DNA from: an archaeon UBA583
GTDB taxonomy: Archaea; Nanobdellota; Nanobdellia; Woesearchaeales; UBA583
Assembly (NCBI GenBank): GCA_002506365.1
Contig: DAXK01000045.1
Location: 6,301 to 70,300 of the forward strand
DNA: 64,000 nt
Direction: 5' to 3'
Made by a program: the position numbers and the translations under genes
Notes under the pieces: model-generated
The model's input: only the letters and a program-made list of their open reading frames with translations
What the model was told of the DNA's origin: nothing
The model's database searches: none
Shown: positions 51,647 through 61,501 of the stretch, in pieces
Position numbering within the stretch: position 1 is the stretch's first letter
Layout: each line of letters starts with the position of its first letter

Positions 51647-51967
51647 ATGAATACATTTAAAATTAGAAAAAATAAACATGCGATATCTCCAGTTGTTGCA
51701 ACAGCACTACTTTTAGTTGTAGCAGTTATTTCAGTTGTAGGTTTCCAAGGTTGGTTTACTCAATTTTCATCCTCAACATTAGTAAATGTAGAATCACAAA
51801 GTTCAAATTCTTTAACTTCAAATTCAATTGAAGGGATTTACGGAAACAATTTATATATTAAATCTGGAACAAATAATTCTCCATTAAAATCAATTAATAT
51901 TGGTGGAGAAGATTGTCAAATTAATGAAAATTTGATAAGGTTTAATAAAATAGAAAATTCCAAATAA
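51647..51967 (+). CDS. Short, possibly truncated type IV pilin-like protein
   Basis: KHA|ISPVVATALLLVVAVISVVGFQGWF. Ends shortly after the first Cys, lacking the second Cys and terminal strands seen in paralogues. Confidence 0.7.
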   Translation: MNTFKIRKNKHAISPVVATALLLVVAVISVVGFQGWFTQFSSSTLVNVESQSSNSLTSNSIEGIYGNNLYIKSGTNNSPLKSINIGGEDCQINENLIRFNKIENSK

Positions 51968-52105
51968 TTTCTTAACACTTCGTTAAAATTATTTAGAATT
52001 TAAATTAATATTTTTCGCTCGATTTCCGCGAAAAAGAAATATAGTATTTTTATTTCTTCTCAATTCTTCCGCACTTCGTTTGTCGAAATCAGAAGAATTA
52101 AAAAT
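51957..52105. other. Array of three hairpins between convergent genes
   Basis: aaataattt..ttaac-acttc-gttaa..aattattt; tttttcgc..gcgaaaaa; ttcttct..agaagaa enclosing tccgcacttcgt. Confidence 0.55.
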
Positions 52106-53917
52106 TTATTTTAAAGCCGCTAGAGCTTCAAAATCATCAAGCATCCCTTCAATAACTGAAAGTCCACTTTGAAAATACTCTGGCTTAGAAATATCCATTC
52201 CAATCGTTTTCTTAACTAATTCAGCAGGAGGCAAACTCCCTCCAGACTTTAAAAACTCCTTATACTTAGGAATAAAACTTTCCCCTTCTTCCTTATACTT
52301 ATTATACAAAGCAAAAGTTAAAATATTTCCAAAACTATAAGCGTAACAATAAAACGGACTTCTAAAAATATGAGGAATTGAACTCCAAGTTGAAGTCTTA
52401 TCACCCTCAACTCTTACAATTGCATCTCCACTCATCTTATTAACCTCTTCTCCCCAAGCCTTATTAAAATCCTCATAACCAAGCCCCTCACCTGAATGAA
52501 TTGCCTTATGACATCTTCTCTCAAATAAAATATATTGAATTTGTCTATGAATAGTTGCAAAAGTACTCCCTAAATTTTCATCTAAATAAGATAACTTCTC
52601 ATCATCAGACATTTGACTCATTAAAGTCTCCGACAAAATCATCTCATTAAACACTGAAGCAGTCTCAGCTAAACACATCCCAGTAGAATAAACTTCCGCC
52701 TCTTGAGCTTGTGATAAATGTCCATGTGTAGCGTGTCCTAACTCATGAGCAAGTGTAGAAACATCTCCTAACTTATTAGTCCAATTTAATAAAACATAAC
52801 TCTCAAATCCTTTATCATAACAAGCAAACGCTCCACCTCTCTTCCCCTTCCCAGGAAAAACATCAACACGCGCATTCTCAAACATATTAACAGAAAAATC
52901 ATAAAACTCAACATCAAACTTCTTAATCGTATCTAAAAATAATTTCAAACCATCTTCAAAAGTATATTCCTTCTCAACCTTATCTAATGGAGCCATAACA
53001 TCCCAAACATTTAATTTATCCTTCCCCATTAACTTAGCCTTAATCTTTAAATACTTTTGATACATAGGATAAGACTTTTCAACTTCAGATAATAAAGTAT
53101 CAACAACATCATCGGAAAGCTCCTCAGACTTATTTCGACGACTCATAACATGGTCATATCCACGAATATTTAATTCACTAGTACAATCCTTTAAAATATT
53201 AGAATAACAATTACCTAATACAATTTGCGTCTTCTCATCTTCAAAAACTTCACGAATAGATTCATAAGCATTCTTACGAACTCTCTCATCAGTAGACTGT
53301 CTTAAAGCTCTAACCTCTGAATCAGTAACCATCTTATCTTCCTCAGTTTCAAAATCATGAACCTTAAACTCAAAAGAACCTGTCAATTCTTCATATAAAC
53401 TTGAAAAAGCAGACTTACCACCACTTGGAGCCTTAAACATTAAAGCCTTCTCAGTCTTCTCATCTAAAACATACTTAATACTTTGAGCAGTTTGATAGAA
53501 ATAATTCTTCCAAGCAGATAACTCTGGCAATTCAGATAATCTAATTAAATCATCATATCCTCTAGCCTTAAACTCTTGCCCTACAAAAGTTAAACCATTA
53601 AAAATTTCAGTAAATTTGTGAGATAACTCTCCTTGTTTCTTTAAAATATCTTGATTTTGAGTATCTAAACTACTTGTATATAACATAAAAATTTGAATCT
53701 TTGAAACAATTGTTCCATACTCATTTTCATCGGCAAAAAACTCAACAAACTTATCGTCAGCCAAACCAGAAATTTTCCCAGTATATTTAGAAATAAAACT
53801 ATCAACAAGAGAAGATATTTTATTCACATCTTCGGCAATTTGCGGATCAGCAACACTAGTATAATAATCTTTCATATCCCAACTTGTTTTAGCATTTTTA
53901 ATATTAAATTCACTCAT
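52106..53917 (-). CDS. pepF: Oligoendopeptidase F (M3B)
   Basis: N-terminal WDM.DYY, GKRGGAF, TLAHELGH, LAETASVFNE and HIFRSPFYCYAY. Confidence 0.93.
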   Translation of the reverse strand: MSEFNIKNAKTSWDMKDYYTSVADPQIAEDVNKISSLVDSFISKYTGKISGLADDKFVEFFADENEYGTIVSKIQIFMLYTSSLDTQNQDILKKQGELSHKFTEIFNGLTFVGQEFKARGYDDLIRLSELPELSAWKNYFYQTAQSIKYVLDEKTEKALMFKAPSGGKSAFSSLYEELTGSFEFKVHDFETEEDKMVTDSEVRALRQSTDERVRKNAYESIREVFEDEKTQIVLGNCYSNILKDCTSELNIRGYDHVMSRRNKSEELSDDVVDTLLSEVEKSYPMYQKYLKIKAKLMGKDKLNVWDVMAPLDKVEKEYTFEDGLKLFLDTIKKFDVEFYDFSVNMFENARVDVFPGKGKRGGAFACYDKGFESYVLLNWTNKLGDVSTLAHELGHATHGHLSQAQEAEVYSTGMCLAETASVFNEMILSETLMSQMSDDEKLSYLDENLGSTFATIHRQIQYILFERRCHKAIHSGEGLGYEDFNKAWGEEVNKMSGDAIVRVEGDKTSTWSSIPHIFRSPFYCYAYSFGNILTFALYNKYKEEGESFIPKYKEFLKSGGSLPPAELVKKTIGMDISKPEYFQSGLSVIEGMLDDFEALAALK

Positions 53918-54115
53918 AAATAAATATCTAAAATAGATTATATAAATATAATGTGTCTTAAACCAAAACCAACTAATCTATAATAATAATCTAAAAATAA
54001 TATTAAATAGTCTTATTTAAAAATAAACAAATACAATTTTTATATATAGAACATTATATAATACAATATAATACAAAATTAATAATATATTAATATTAAT
54101 CAATAATAATTAAAA

Positions 54116-55666
54116 ATGAACTCAAAAATCACATTCGACACTTTAGGATTAAATGAAACAATTCTAAACACAATTAAAAAGAAAGGATTTGAATATCCAA
54201 GTAAAATCCAAGCAAAAATAATTCCATTAATGCTTGAAAATAAACACGATATTATTGGAATTTCACAAACAGGAAGTGGAAAAACAGCAAGTTTTGGACT
54301 CCCATTAATCCAAACAATCAAACCACACAACAAAACACCAAAAGTAATTATTCTAACTCCAACAAGAGAACTTGCAATCCAAGTAACAAACGATTTAGAA
54401 TCATACGGAAAACCAAACGCCAAAACAGAAAACCCACTAAAAATATTAACAGTGTACGGTGGAACAGCAATGAAATATCAAATTGATAGATTAGATAGAG
54501 GAGTGGACATTGTTGTGGGAACACCAGGAAGAGTTTTAGATTTAATTGATAAAAGAATTCTAAATCTAGAAAATGTAGAAAATTTTATTTTAGATGAAGC
54601 TGATGAAATGCTAAACATGGGATTTATCGATGATATTGAAGATATATTATACTACACACCAAAACACAAAAAAGTATTACTATTCTCAGCAACAATGCCA
54701 CAAAAAATTAAAGATTTATCAAAAAGATATATGAACAATCAAGTAATCGTTGAAGTAAAATCTAAAATCGAAACTAAATCAAAAATTAATCAAGAATATA
54801 TAATGCTCGACTTATCAGATAAATTTCCAACTCTTTGTAAACTAATTGATATGGAAGAATCTTTTTATGGAATTGTATTCGCTATGACAAAAGATAGCGT
54901 AAATGAAGTAACTCAAAGACTAAAGAAAGCTGGATATTTAGCAGACTGCATTCACGGAGACATCCAACAAAACAAAAGAGAAAGAATTTTAACAGATTTC
55001 AAAGAATCAAAAATTAATATTTTAGTTGCAACAGATGTAGCAGCCAGAGGAATTGACATTAACGATTTAACACATGTAATTAATTACTCATTACCAAAAG
55101 AAGTAGAATCATACGTTCATAGAATTGGAAGAACTGGTAGAGCTGGAAAATCAGGACACGCAATCTCCTTAGTAACGCCAGCACAAAAGTTTATGATTTT
55201 CGATATTCAAGAACAAACAGAACTCCCAATTTACAGAATTGACATCCCAACTGATAAAGATGTATTTAACAGTAAAGTATCCAACATTAAAAAAGATGTA
55301 AATAATATCATTGAATCAAACCCTCACTTTGAATACAACGATTTAGCAAAAGACTTAATCAAAACACATGGTCCAGAAAAAGCCTTAAATGCATTATTAC
55401 TAAAACTAAACCAAAATAAAAAAAATAATGGAGTAGTTGAAAGAACAAGATTATTTGTAGCAAAAGGAAAAGTTGACAAATTTGATAAAACAAAATTATT
55501 AGAATTTTTAGAATCGAAAGTAGGATTTAAAATAAATGCTGAAAGTATCAAAATTAACGGAAATTATTCTTTCATTAATGTAGAAGCACAACAAGCCGAA
55601 GAAATAGTTAAAGCTTTCACAAAAAGTGATGGAGAAAGACCATTAGTTGAAAAATCAGCTAAATAA
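54116..55666 (+). CDS. DEAD-box RNA helicase (DeaD/CshA-like, C-terminal DbpA-type RNA-binding domain)
   Basis: QTGSGKT, PTRELA, DEAD, SAT, ATDVAARGID and HRIGRTGRAG. C-terminal TRLFV..G..D. Confidence 0.95.
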   Translation: MNSKITFDTLGLNETILNTIKKKGFEYPSKIQAKIIPLMLENKHDIIGISQTGSGKTASFGLPLIQTIKPHNKTPKVIILTPTRELAIQVTNDLESYGKPNAKTENPLKILTVYGGTAMKYQIDRLDRGVDIVVGTPGRVLDLIDKRILNLENVENFILDEADEMLNMGFIDDIEDILYYTPKHKKVLLFSATMPQKIKDLSKRYMNNQVIVEVKSKIETKSKINQEYIMLDLSDKFPTLCKLIDMEESFYGIVFAMTKDSVNEVTQRLKKAGYLADCIHGDIQQNKRERILTDFKESKINILVATDVAARGIDINDLTHVINYSLPKEVESYVHRIGRTGRAGKSGHAISLVTPAQKFMIFDIQEQTELPIYRIDIPTDKDVFNSKVSNIKKDVNNIIESNPHFEYNDLAKDLIKTHGPEKALNALLLKLNQNKKNNGVVERTRLFVAKGKVDKFDKTKLLEFLESKVGFKINAESIKINGNYSFINVEAQQAEEIVKAFTKSDGERPLVEKSAK

Positions 55667-55779
55667 TTTTTATTTTAAAAATAATTATAATTACAAAAAT
55701 AATAATTATAATATTTGTAACTGTTAATAACAACAAAACATAAATATTATAAATACTTTATTTTTATTTATTTCTATAA

Positions 55780-56304
55780 ATGGAACTCCCAGAAAACTCA
55801 CTGCTAGGAAATCAACTATTTTTCCCATCATATAACAAAACAACCAGGCAATACACACTAAAAACACAAACTTCACGAGCTGGATTATACATAGCAGCTC
55901 TGCCAAAAAAAACTAAATTTAATCTCATTTTAGATGGATTTAATTTATTTAACCACTCAAATCAAGAAATAATTGAAGGAAGTTTAAATCAATATCATTT
56001 AAATTGGAGAATTGGCCATCCAAAAATTATATCATTAGAACATGGAATAAGATTCCCACAAACATTAAATCAACTTTTAGAAAATAAATTAATTGAGCAA
56101 ACAACATATACTAACTTTTTTAACAATCAAAACTTTCATCAATTAGATAATGAATTAAGACAAATCCCTGAACACTTACAACAAGTATATTTTGTAACAA
56201 AACTAGGTCACGATAAAATAAGTTTAATACCAAAACAAGGGGAAAAAACTCCAAAAAAACAATCAGAAAGTTTAATAGAAAAACTAACTCCAAGTTTTAA
56301 TTAA
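55780..56304 (+). CDS. Hypothetical protein
   Basis: 174-aa ORF. Confidence 0.55.
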   Translation: MELPENSLLGNQLFFPSYNKTTRQYTLKTQTSRAGLYIAALPKKTKFNLILDGFNLFNHSNQEIIEGSLNQYHLNWRIGHPKIISLEHGIRFPQTLNQLLENKLIEQTTYTNFFNNQNFHQLDNELRQIPEHLQQVYFVTKLGHDKISLIPKQGEKTPKKQSESLIEKLTPSFN

Positions 56305-56352
56305 TATACTAATAATGCCTACACTTATAATAACAAACTTACTTTTTTTATT

Positions 56353-56694
56353 ATGAACGAGAAAGCAATTTCAAAACTAAAACAAATTTTAGATATTTTA
56401 GTAAAATTTAATCAAGAAGATAAATATGGTAGTCAAGGATTTAACGATAGAGTAACAGTTGCTCAAGAAATTTTTCACAGAAACAAACAGGATAAAGAAT
56501 TTATGACAGCTTATAATAAATTATTAAACAAACAAACAACAATGTTTAGTAAATTAATCCAAGCAGAAATTGTTGTAAAAGAAAAAAAAGAAAAAAAAGT
56601 TTTCAAGAAAAATCCAAACAAACCTACAAAAGTAGTCCCAGGAGCTAAAAAATATACAAAACCAGGAACAAAACCTGCTAACTTTCAAAAATAA
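56353..56694 (+). CDS. Hypothetical basic protein
   Basis: 113-aa ORF with K/P-rich tail. Confidence 0.6.
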   Translation: MNEKAISKLKQILDILVKFNQEDKYGSQGFNDRVTVAQEIFHRNKQDKEFMTAYNKLLNKQTTMFSKLIQAEIVVKEKKEKKVFKKNPNKPTKVVPGAKKYTKPGTKPANFQK

Positions 56695-56770
56695 ATAATA
56701 AATACTAAATTATAATAAATAATAACTAATAAAAATAATTAATTATTTTTATTTTTATCTTTTTTAACAA

Positions 56771-57241
56771 TTATTCACCAATTCTAACTTTAATTTTATC
56801 ATAATTTTCATCCATTGGTTCAAAATCTAACGAAGATTTAACCCCTTGACTAAATGAATAATCTCTAAACTCATCAACTCCAAATTTATCATCTCCATCA
56901 CAAAATCCTTCATATTCTCCCTTAAGCCCAGATTTAGGTTTAGTTAAATAAGCAACTTGCCCAACTTTATTATTATCATTTAAAATAAACAAAACTAAAT
57001 ATGAATCAAAACCTCTCTCATCAAAACAAAACTCTTGTTTATTAATTTGATACCCAATTAACCTAATTCCAGAATCAATTCCCCTAAAAGTATGTTTATC
57101 AATATCATAATTTAAAATTGTTTCCAAATTTAATTTTTCACCCTCAGCATTCAATTCACAAAAAACCTTAAATCCTTTCCCAGAATTATTTTCATTATAA
57201 TCATTTAAATAACAAGGTTTATTCAAAATACTCATATTCAT
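56771..57241 (-). CDS. Hypothetical protein
   Basis: Start moved to MNMSIL, 22 nt from tttataaa at 57263-57270. Confidence 0.55.
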   Translation of the reverse strand: MNMSILNKPCYLNDYNENNSGKGFKVFCELNAEGEKLNLETILNYDIDKHTFRGIDSGIRLIGYQINKQEFCFDERGFDSYLVLFILNDNNKVGQVAYLTKPKSGLKGEYEGFCDGDDKFGVDEFRDYSFSQGVKSSLDFEPMDENYDKIKVRIGE

Positions 57242-57360
57242 AATTCTAAACAATTCTTATTATTTATAAATATCAACTATAAAAATTTACTCCTAATATT
57301 ATAAATAAACAAATAGAAATAAACAAATAAATAAAAATAGTATAAATAATTTAAACTAAA

Positions 57361-58557
57361 TTACTTACCACTTGTGATTTCAATCACATCACCAAACTTT
57401 AACACATAATCTTTTCCAACCATCATTTTAGATTTAACATCAGTTGCTTTAATAAAATGTTTTCCAAAATCAGTATGTAATCTATATGCAAAATCAAGCG
57501 CAGTCGCCTCCTTATGCATTAAAAAACAATCAACAATAACATTCTCCTTTTTCCCCTCAATTTTCTTTAAACCACCAGGATAAATAGGTTTCATCTCCAG
57601 TAATTCAAAAACAGCACAATTTAATGCTTGTTGAACACCAGTCCCACCAATTGTTTTAATATCCTTAGCAATTAAATTTAATCCATTCTTTTGGGCATCA
57701 TTTAACTTAGTTTCATCAATAATTTCAAAATTATCTTCTCCATAAATATAATTAACAAATTTCGCATCATTTGCTTTTTTTAAATTAAATTCATAATTAG
57801 CAGTAACTGGAATTATTTTATAATGTGGAAACTCCTTTTTTAAAGCATTTAATTTTATTTCCCATAAATTATCATCCATTAAAATATCACACTTATTAGC
57901 GGCAATAATCATCTGTTTAGAAACTTCACGAAGTTTTTTACACAACTCAAATAAATTATCCCCAACATTATCTTTAGTTAAACCAAGAGAATCAACAGCT
58001 ATTCTAATTTGTCTTTCATTAATATTTAAACCTGAAATAACTGAACCAATAGCAACTTCAATTTTTTCATCCTTTAATCTCATTTTTTTTTCAATATTTT
58101 TCCAATGTTTACTAATTACATTAAAAAACCATTGATTTAATTCTTCCTCTAAAAATCTAATATCATTAGCCGGATTATAAGAATTAATTTCAACTTTCTC
58201 TCCATGACCATTTGTAGATCCAGATAAATCAATTACATGAATTAAAGCATCAGCTTGTCTTAAATCATCTAAAAACTTATTTCCTAAACCTTTTCCCTCA
58301 GAAGCTCCAGGAACTAATCCAGCAACATCAATAATCTCAATTGGCACAAATCTCCAATCTCCTTGAACAAATCCATCTCTAGGTGTAGAATGATTATTAA
58401 AAAAAACAGCAGGGTCTTCAGTTTTCACATACCCAATAGCAGAATTAGCATCAATAGTTGTAAATGGAAAATCTCCAGATTCAACATCAGCTAAAGTTAA
58501 ACTTCTAAAAAAAGCGGATTTACCTACATTAGGTTTTCCTACAATACCAATTATCAT
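57361..58557 (-). CDS. ychF: Archaeal YchF/Ola1-family Obg-like NTPase with TGS domain
   Basis: GKPNVGKS, FPFTTID, DVAGLVPGA..GKGLGNKFLDDL, ANKCD and TGS TALDFAYRLH. Confidence 0.93.
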   Translation of the reverse strand: MIIGIVGKPNVGKSAFFRSLTLADVESGDFPFTTIDANSAIGYVKTEDPAVFFNNHSTPRDGFVQGDWRFVPIEIIDVAGLVPGASEGKGLGNKFLDDLRQADALIHVIDLSGSTNGHGEKVEINSYNPANDIRFLEEELNQWFFNVISKHWKNIEKKMRLKDEKIEVAIGSVISGLNINERQIRIAVDSLGLTKDNVGDNLFELCKKLREVSKQMIIAANKCDILMDDNLWEIKLNALKKEFPHYKIIPVTANYEFNLKKANDAKFVNYIYGEDNFEIIDETKLNDAQKNGLNLIAKDIKTIGGTGVQQALNCAVFELLEMKPIYPGGLKKIEGKKENVIVDCFLMHKEATALDFAYRLHTDFGKHFIKATDVKSKMMVGKDYVLKFGDVIEITSGK

Positions 58558-58607
58558 AATAAAAAATATAATTGGGAGATTATAAATATTTAGAATATAA
58601 TTTTACG

Positions 58608-58655
58608 GACTTACCAACATTTGGTTTTATTTTTTCAAAAAAATAAAAATAAGTC
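58608..58655. other. Branched (three-way) hairpin between tag and ychF
   Basis: gactta/taagtc closes ccaa-cat-ttgg and ttttattttt..aaaaataaaa. Confidence 0.45.
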
Positions 58656-58666
58656 AATTTTTCATT

Positions 58667-59368
58667 TCAAATTAACTCTTTAGCATCTGACTCAATACTA
58701 CAAACTAAAATTTTACTAATTTGTGAATAACTAAAATCACTTTGACTTTTCCAAACATTAAAAGCATTCTGAATTGCTTGTAAATCAGATTTAGAAGTTG
58801 GAGCATAATCTGACTTATTTGAACTAACAACACCCTCACGCAATAAAACCTTCACAACATCTCGCGTTAAAAAATAAGCATCAAAGCCAACTGAACGCAA
58901 AAAATATGCGGTTGTAGTAATTCCAAACCTATTCCCATTTTTATTTAAATACTTATACAATCCATACTGGTCATCCTTTGGCCAACTAACTAAAAACTTC
59001 CCAAAACTCCCATATTCTTTAGCAATCTGTTCAAAAAACTCTGCATTAAAAATTACAGATTGAACTTTTCTTAAATTTCTAACAATTCTATCATCACTCA
59101 TAATATTTTCATACTCATCAGGTGAAATATTATTTAATCTACTAACATCAAACTTAAAAAAAACTTCTTCAAAACCTTCCCACTTATTTTCAATAACTTT
59201 CCAACTAAAAGCACTTTGAAAAACTCTCTTAGAAATCTCAGATAAATACCTATCATCAGATATTTTTAATAATTCTAAATCAGATTTTAAATTTAAACTT
59301 CCAAAAATCTCACAATCGCTCCCCTTTCTAGCTAGAGCAAACTGATAAATTTCATTAATATCTCTCAT
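58667..59368 (-). CDS. tag: DNA-3-methyladenine glycosylase I family
   Basis: DDRYLSE...VFQSAFSWKVIENKWEGFEEVF, IVRN.RK and FG.TTAYFLRSVG. Confidence 0.85.
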   Translation of the reverse strand: MRDINEIYQFALARKGSDCEIFGSLNLKSDLELLKISDDRYLSEISKRVFQSAFSWKVIENKWEGFEEVFFKFDVSRLNNISPDEYENIMSDDRIVRNLRKVQSVIFNAEFFEQIAKEYGSFGKFLVSWPKDDQYGLYKYLNKNGNRFGITTTAYFLRSVGFDAYFLTRDVVKVLLREGVVSSNKSDYAPTSKSDLQAIQNAFNVWKSQSDFSYSQISKILVCSIESDAKELI

Positions 59369-59485
59369 AATATTATTTAAAATTAAATTATTATAAAATT
59401 AACTCAAAAATAAAAATAAAAATAAATAAAATAAAGTAAAAACAAAAATAAAAAAGAAATAAAATAAAAACAAAATTTAAAATAA

Positions 59486-60577
59486 TTATTTAGTTTTCTT
59501 CAAATTAAAAACAACAATTTCATTTTGAGAACCAAGCCTCATCTTAGGACCCCACAATCCAGCTCCATCAGTCACATAAACAAAAGTATCAAAAATTTCA
59601 TAAAATCCATCTGAATAATCATACATCAAATCAACAATTAAAGTAGCTGGAAAAATTTGACCTCCGTGAGTATGACCATACAACAATAAATCAAACCCGT
59701 AACCTGCAGCAAACTCAACATTTCTAGGTTCATGATACAAAAGCATAGAAAACTTATCATCATCTAATTTAATCCCATTCAAATAATCCTTAAACAAATC
59801 ATTACTTCTTTCATAATCAATTCCAACAATCTCAAGTTCTCCAAAATTAACTTTTTTATTATTTAAAACAGTAATTGTTTCAATATCTGATAAATATTCA
59901 AATATCTTATCAGGAAAATGATAAAACTCATGATTCCCTCTTTCAAAATAAACTGGAACACCTAAAGTTTTAAACTTATCAAAATCTTCTTTTTCATACT
60001 TTTCAAAATCAATCAAATCACCCGTAAAAACAATAAACTCAGGATTTTGAGCTAACGCCAAATCTAAAACATTTTCCATATATTCTTGATTAACTGTTCC
60101 ATATTGGATATCTGAAATCTGAACAAATTTATAATCTCTATCAAGCTTTGAAGAATTAATAGAATAACTCTCAACCGCCAAAGGCTTTTCAAAATTATAA
60201 ATAGATAAAATAACTAAAAAAATAAAACTTAAAGAAAAAAAATACTTAACAAACTTAAAATCTAATAACTCACGAGCTCTAAAAACCCACAAAAAAACAT
60301 TTAACATCCAATAAATAAAAGATACAGTAAATGCAACTGCCATAATTCCTAAATAATACGAACTAATTCTTGTAATTTCCACTGAAATAAGTCGTGAAAA
60401 AATAAAAATAATCATATAAACAACATTAAACCCAAAAGTATAAGTTAAGATTTTAGCTTTCTCACAATGAAAAAATTGTTTATTTAACATTAACATAAAT
60501 GGAAATGTGCAAACTCCTAAAAGCAACTGCGCAACAATCATAAACATTAAAAAAAATAATATAGATTCTAATACCAT
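59486..60577 (-). CDS. Membrane-bound metallophosphoesterase (YkuE/YaeI-like)
   Basis: N-terminal TMs, ISDIQ, TGDLID, GNHE, YHEP, GHTHGGQ and G.WGP.MRLG. Start moved to MVLES. Confidence 0.9.
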   Translation of the reverse strand: MVLESILFFLMFMIVAQLLLGVCTFPFMLMLNKQFFHCEKAKILTYTFGFNVVYMIIFIFSRLISVEITRISSYYLGIMAVAFTVSFIYWMLNVFLWVFRARELLDFKFVKYFFSLSFIFLVILSIYNFEKPLAVESYSINSSKLDRDYKFVQISDIQYGTVNQEYMENVLDLALAQNPEFIVFTGDLIDFEKYEKEDFDKFKTLGVPVYFERGNHEFYHFPDKIFEYLSDIETITVLNNKKVNFGELEIVGIDYERSNDLFKDYLNGIKLDDDKFSMLLYHEPRNVEFAAGYGFDLLLYGHTHGGQIFPATLIVDLMYDYSDGFYEIFDTFVYVTDGAGLWGPKMRLGSQNEIVVFNLKKTK

Positions 60578-60694
60578 AAAATAATAAACCAAAATACAAT
60601 TAAAAATAAATGTTGTAACTAACAAACTAACAAACAACAAACTAACAAAATTAATAGAACTAATTTTATAAACTAATTTTTATTATTACAAACT

Positions 60695-61414
60695 ATGACA
60701 CTAAACTCATTTTCATTAAATTTACCATTATATGAAAAAAACCTTTCAATAGAAAATCCAACCCAATTAGTAAAACATTTTCAAACTGATAATTTTATAA
60801 CAATTGAAAAACTTGAAAATATAATTTCTCCGATTCAAAACTTTTCACCATGTTCAATGTTACTAGAAAACCAAAATGATTTATTTTACCATCTACAAAA
60901 ACTCCACACAATAAGTTCAGCCCATTACAAACTAGGAATAACTCATAATATGAAAGGAAAATTTCCACACTCTTGTTGCGGAATATCTTCTGATAACTTA
61001 AACTTTTCACTATTACAACTAGGATATGAAAACTCAATGAAAGTATCATCAGATAAAGAATTTGACCACGAATATAATTTATTACCATTCACCCTAAAAA
61101 AAGAAAATAAAAAAGGAGTAATAATAATAGATCCAACATCAGACCAACTATGGCACAAACTCCATCCAAAACAAAGACCAAAAAATATGATAACTGTTCA
61201 CTTTTCAAACATTTGGGAATATAAAACTAACTGGCATAATGGGGCAAATTTATCTCCTGATGGAATTACAAATAAAAGAACAATCAAAGATACACTAACT
61301 TGGAATAAAAATAAATCAAAAAATACTAAAATAAGTTTTCAAAATTTTCACGAAGGATTAGCCCAAATTGAAATTTTTAAATCATTAAAAAATCCAATTA
61401 AATTAAACATTTAA
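60695..61414 (+). CDS. Hypothetical protein, possible transglutaminase/papain-like fold
   Basis: FPHSCCG, DHEY and IIDPT give ordered Cys, His and Asp. Confidence 0.5.
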   Translation: MTLNSFSLNLPLYEKNLSIENPTQLVKHFQTDNFITIEKLENIISPIQNFSPCSMLLENQNDLFYHLQKLHTISSAHYKLGITHNMKGKFPHSCCGISSDNLNFSLLQLGYENSMKVSSDKEFDHEYNLLPFTLKKENKKGVIIIDPTSDQLWHKLHPKQRPKNMITVHFSNIWEYKTNWHNGANLSPDGITNKRTIKDTLTWNKNKSKNTKISFQNFHEGLAQIEIFKSLKNPIKLNI

Positions 61415-61501
61415 AATTTATAATTTAACCATCTAACTCTATAATATAACTACAACTTGTGACAAATGAGTTTTATAAAACCAACAAACAAAAATAAATT
61501 A

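Noticed and set aside
42167-51967. Provirus or integrative element
   Set aside because: No integrase, capsid, terminase, replication gene or att pair, and the genes are not in an operon.
42167-59368. Bacterial (CPR/Gracilibacteria) origin or recoded TGA, suggested by CiaB, PepF, DeaD and Tag
   Set aside because: These genes are interleaved with archaeal markers and have TATA-type upstream regions. ORFs are intact in code 11, and TGA ends genes at 46527 and 58667.
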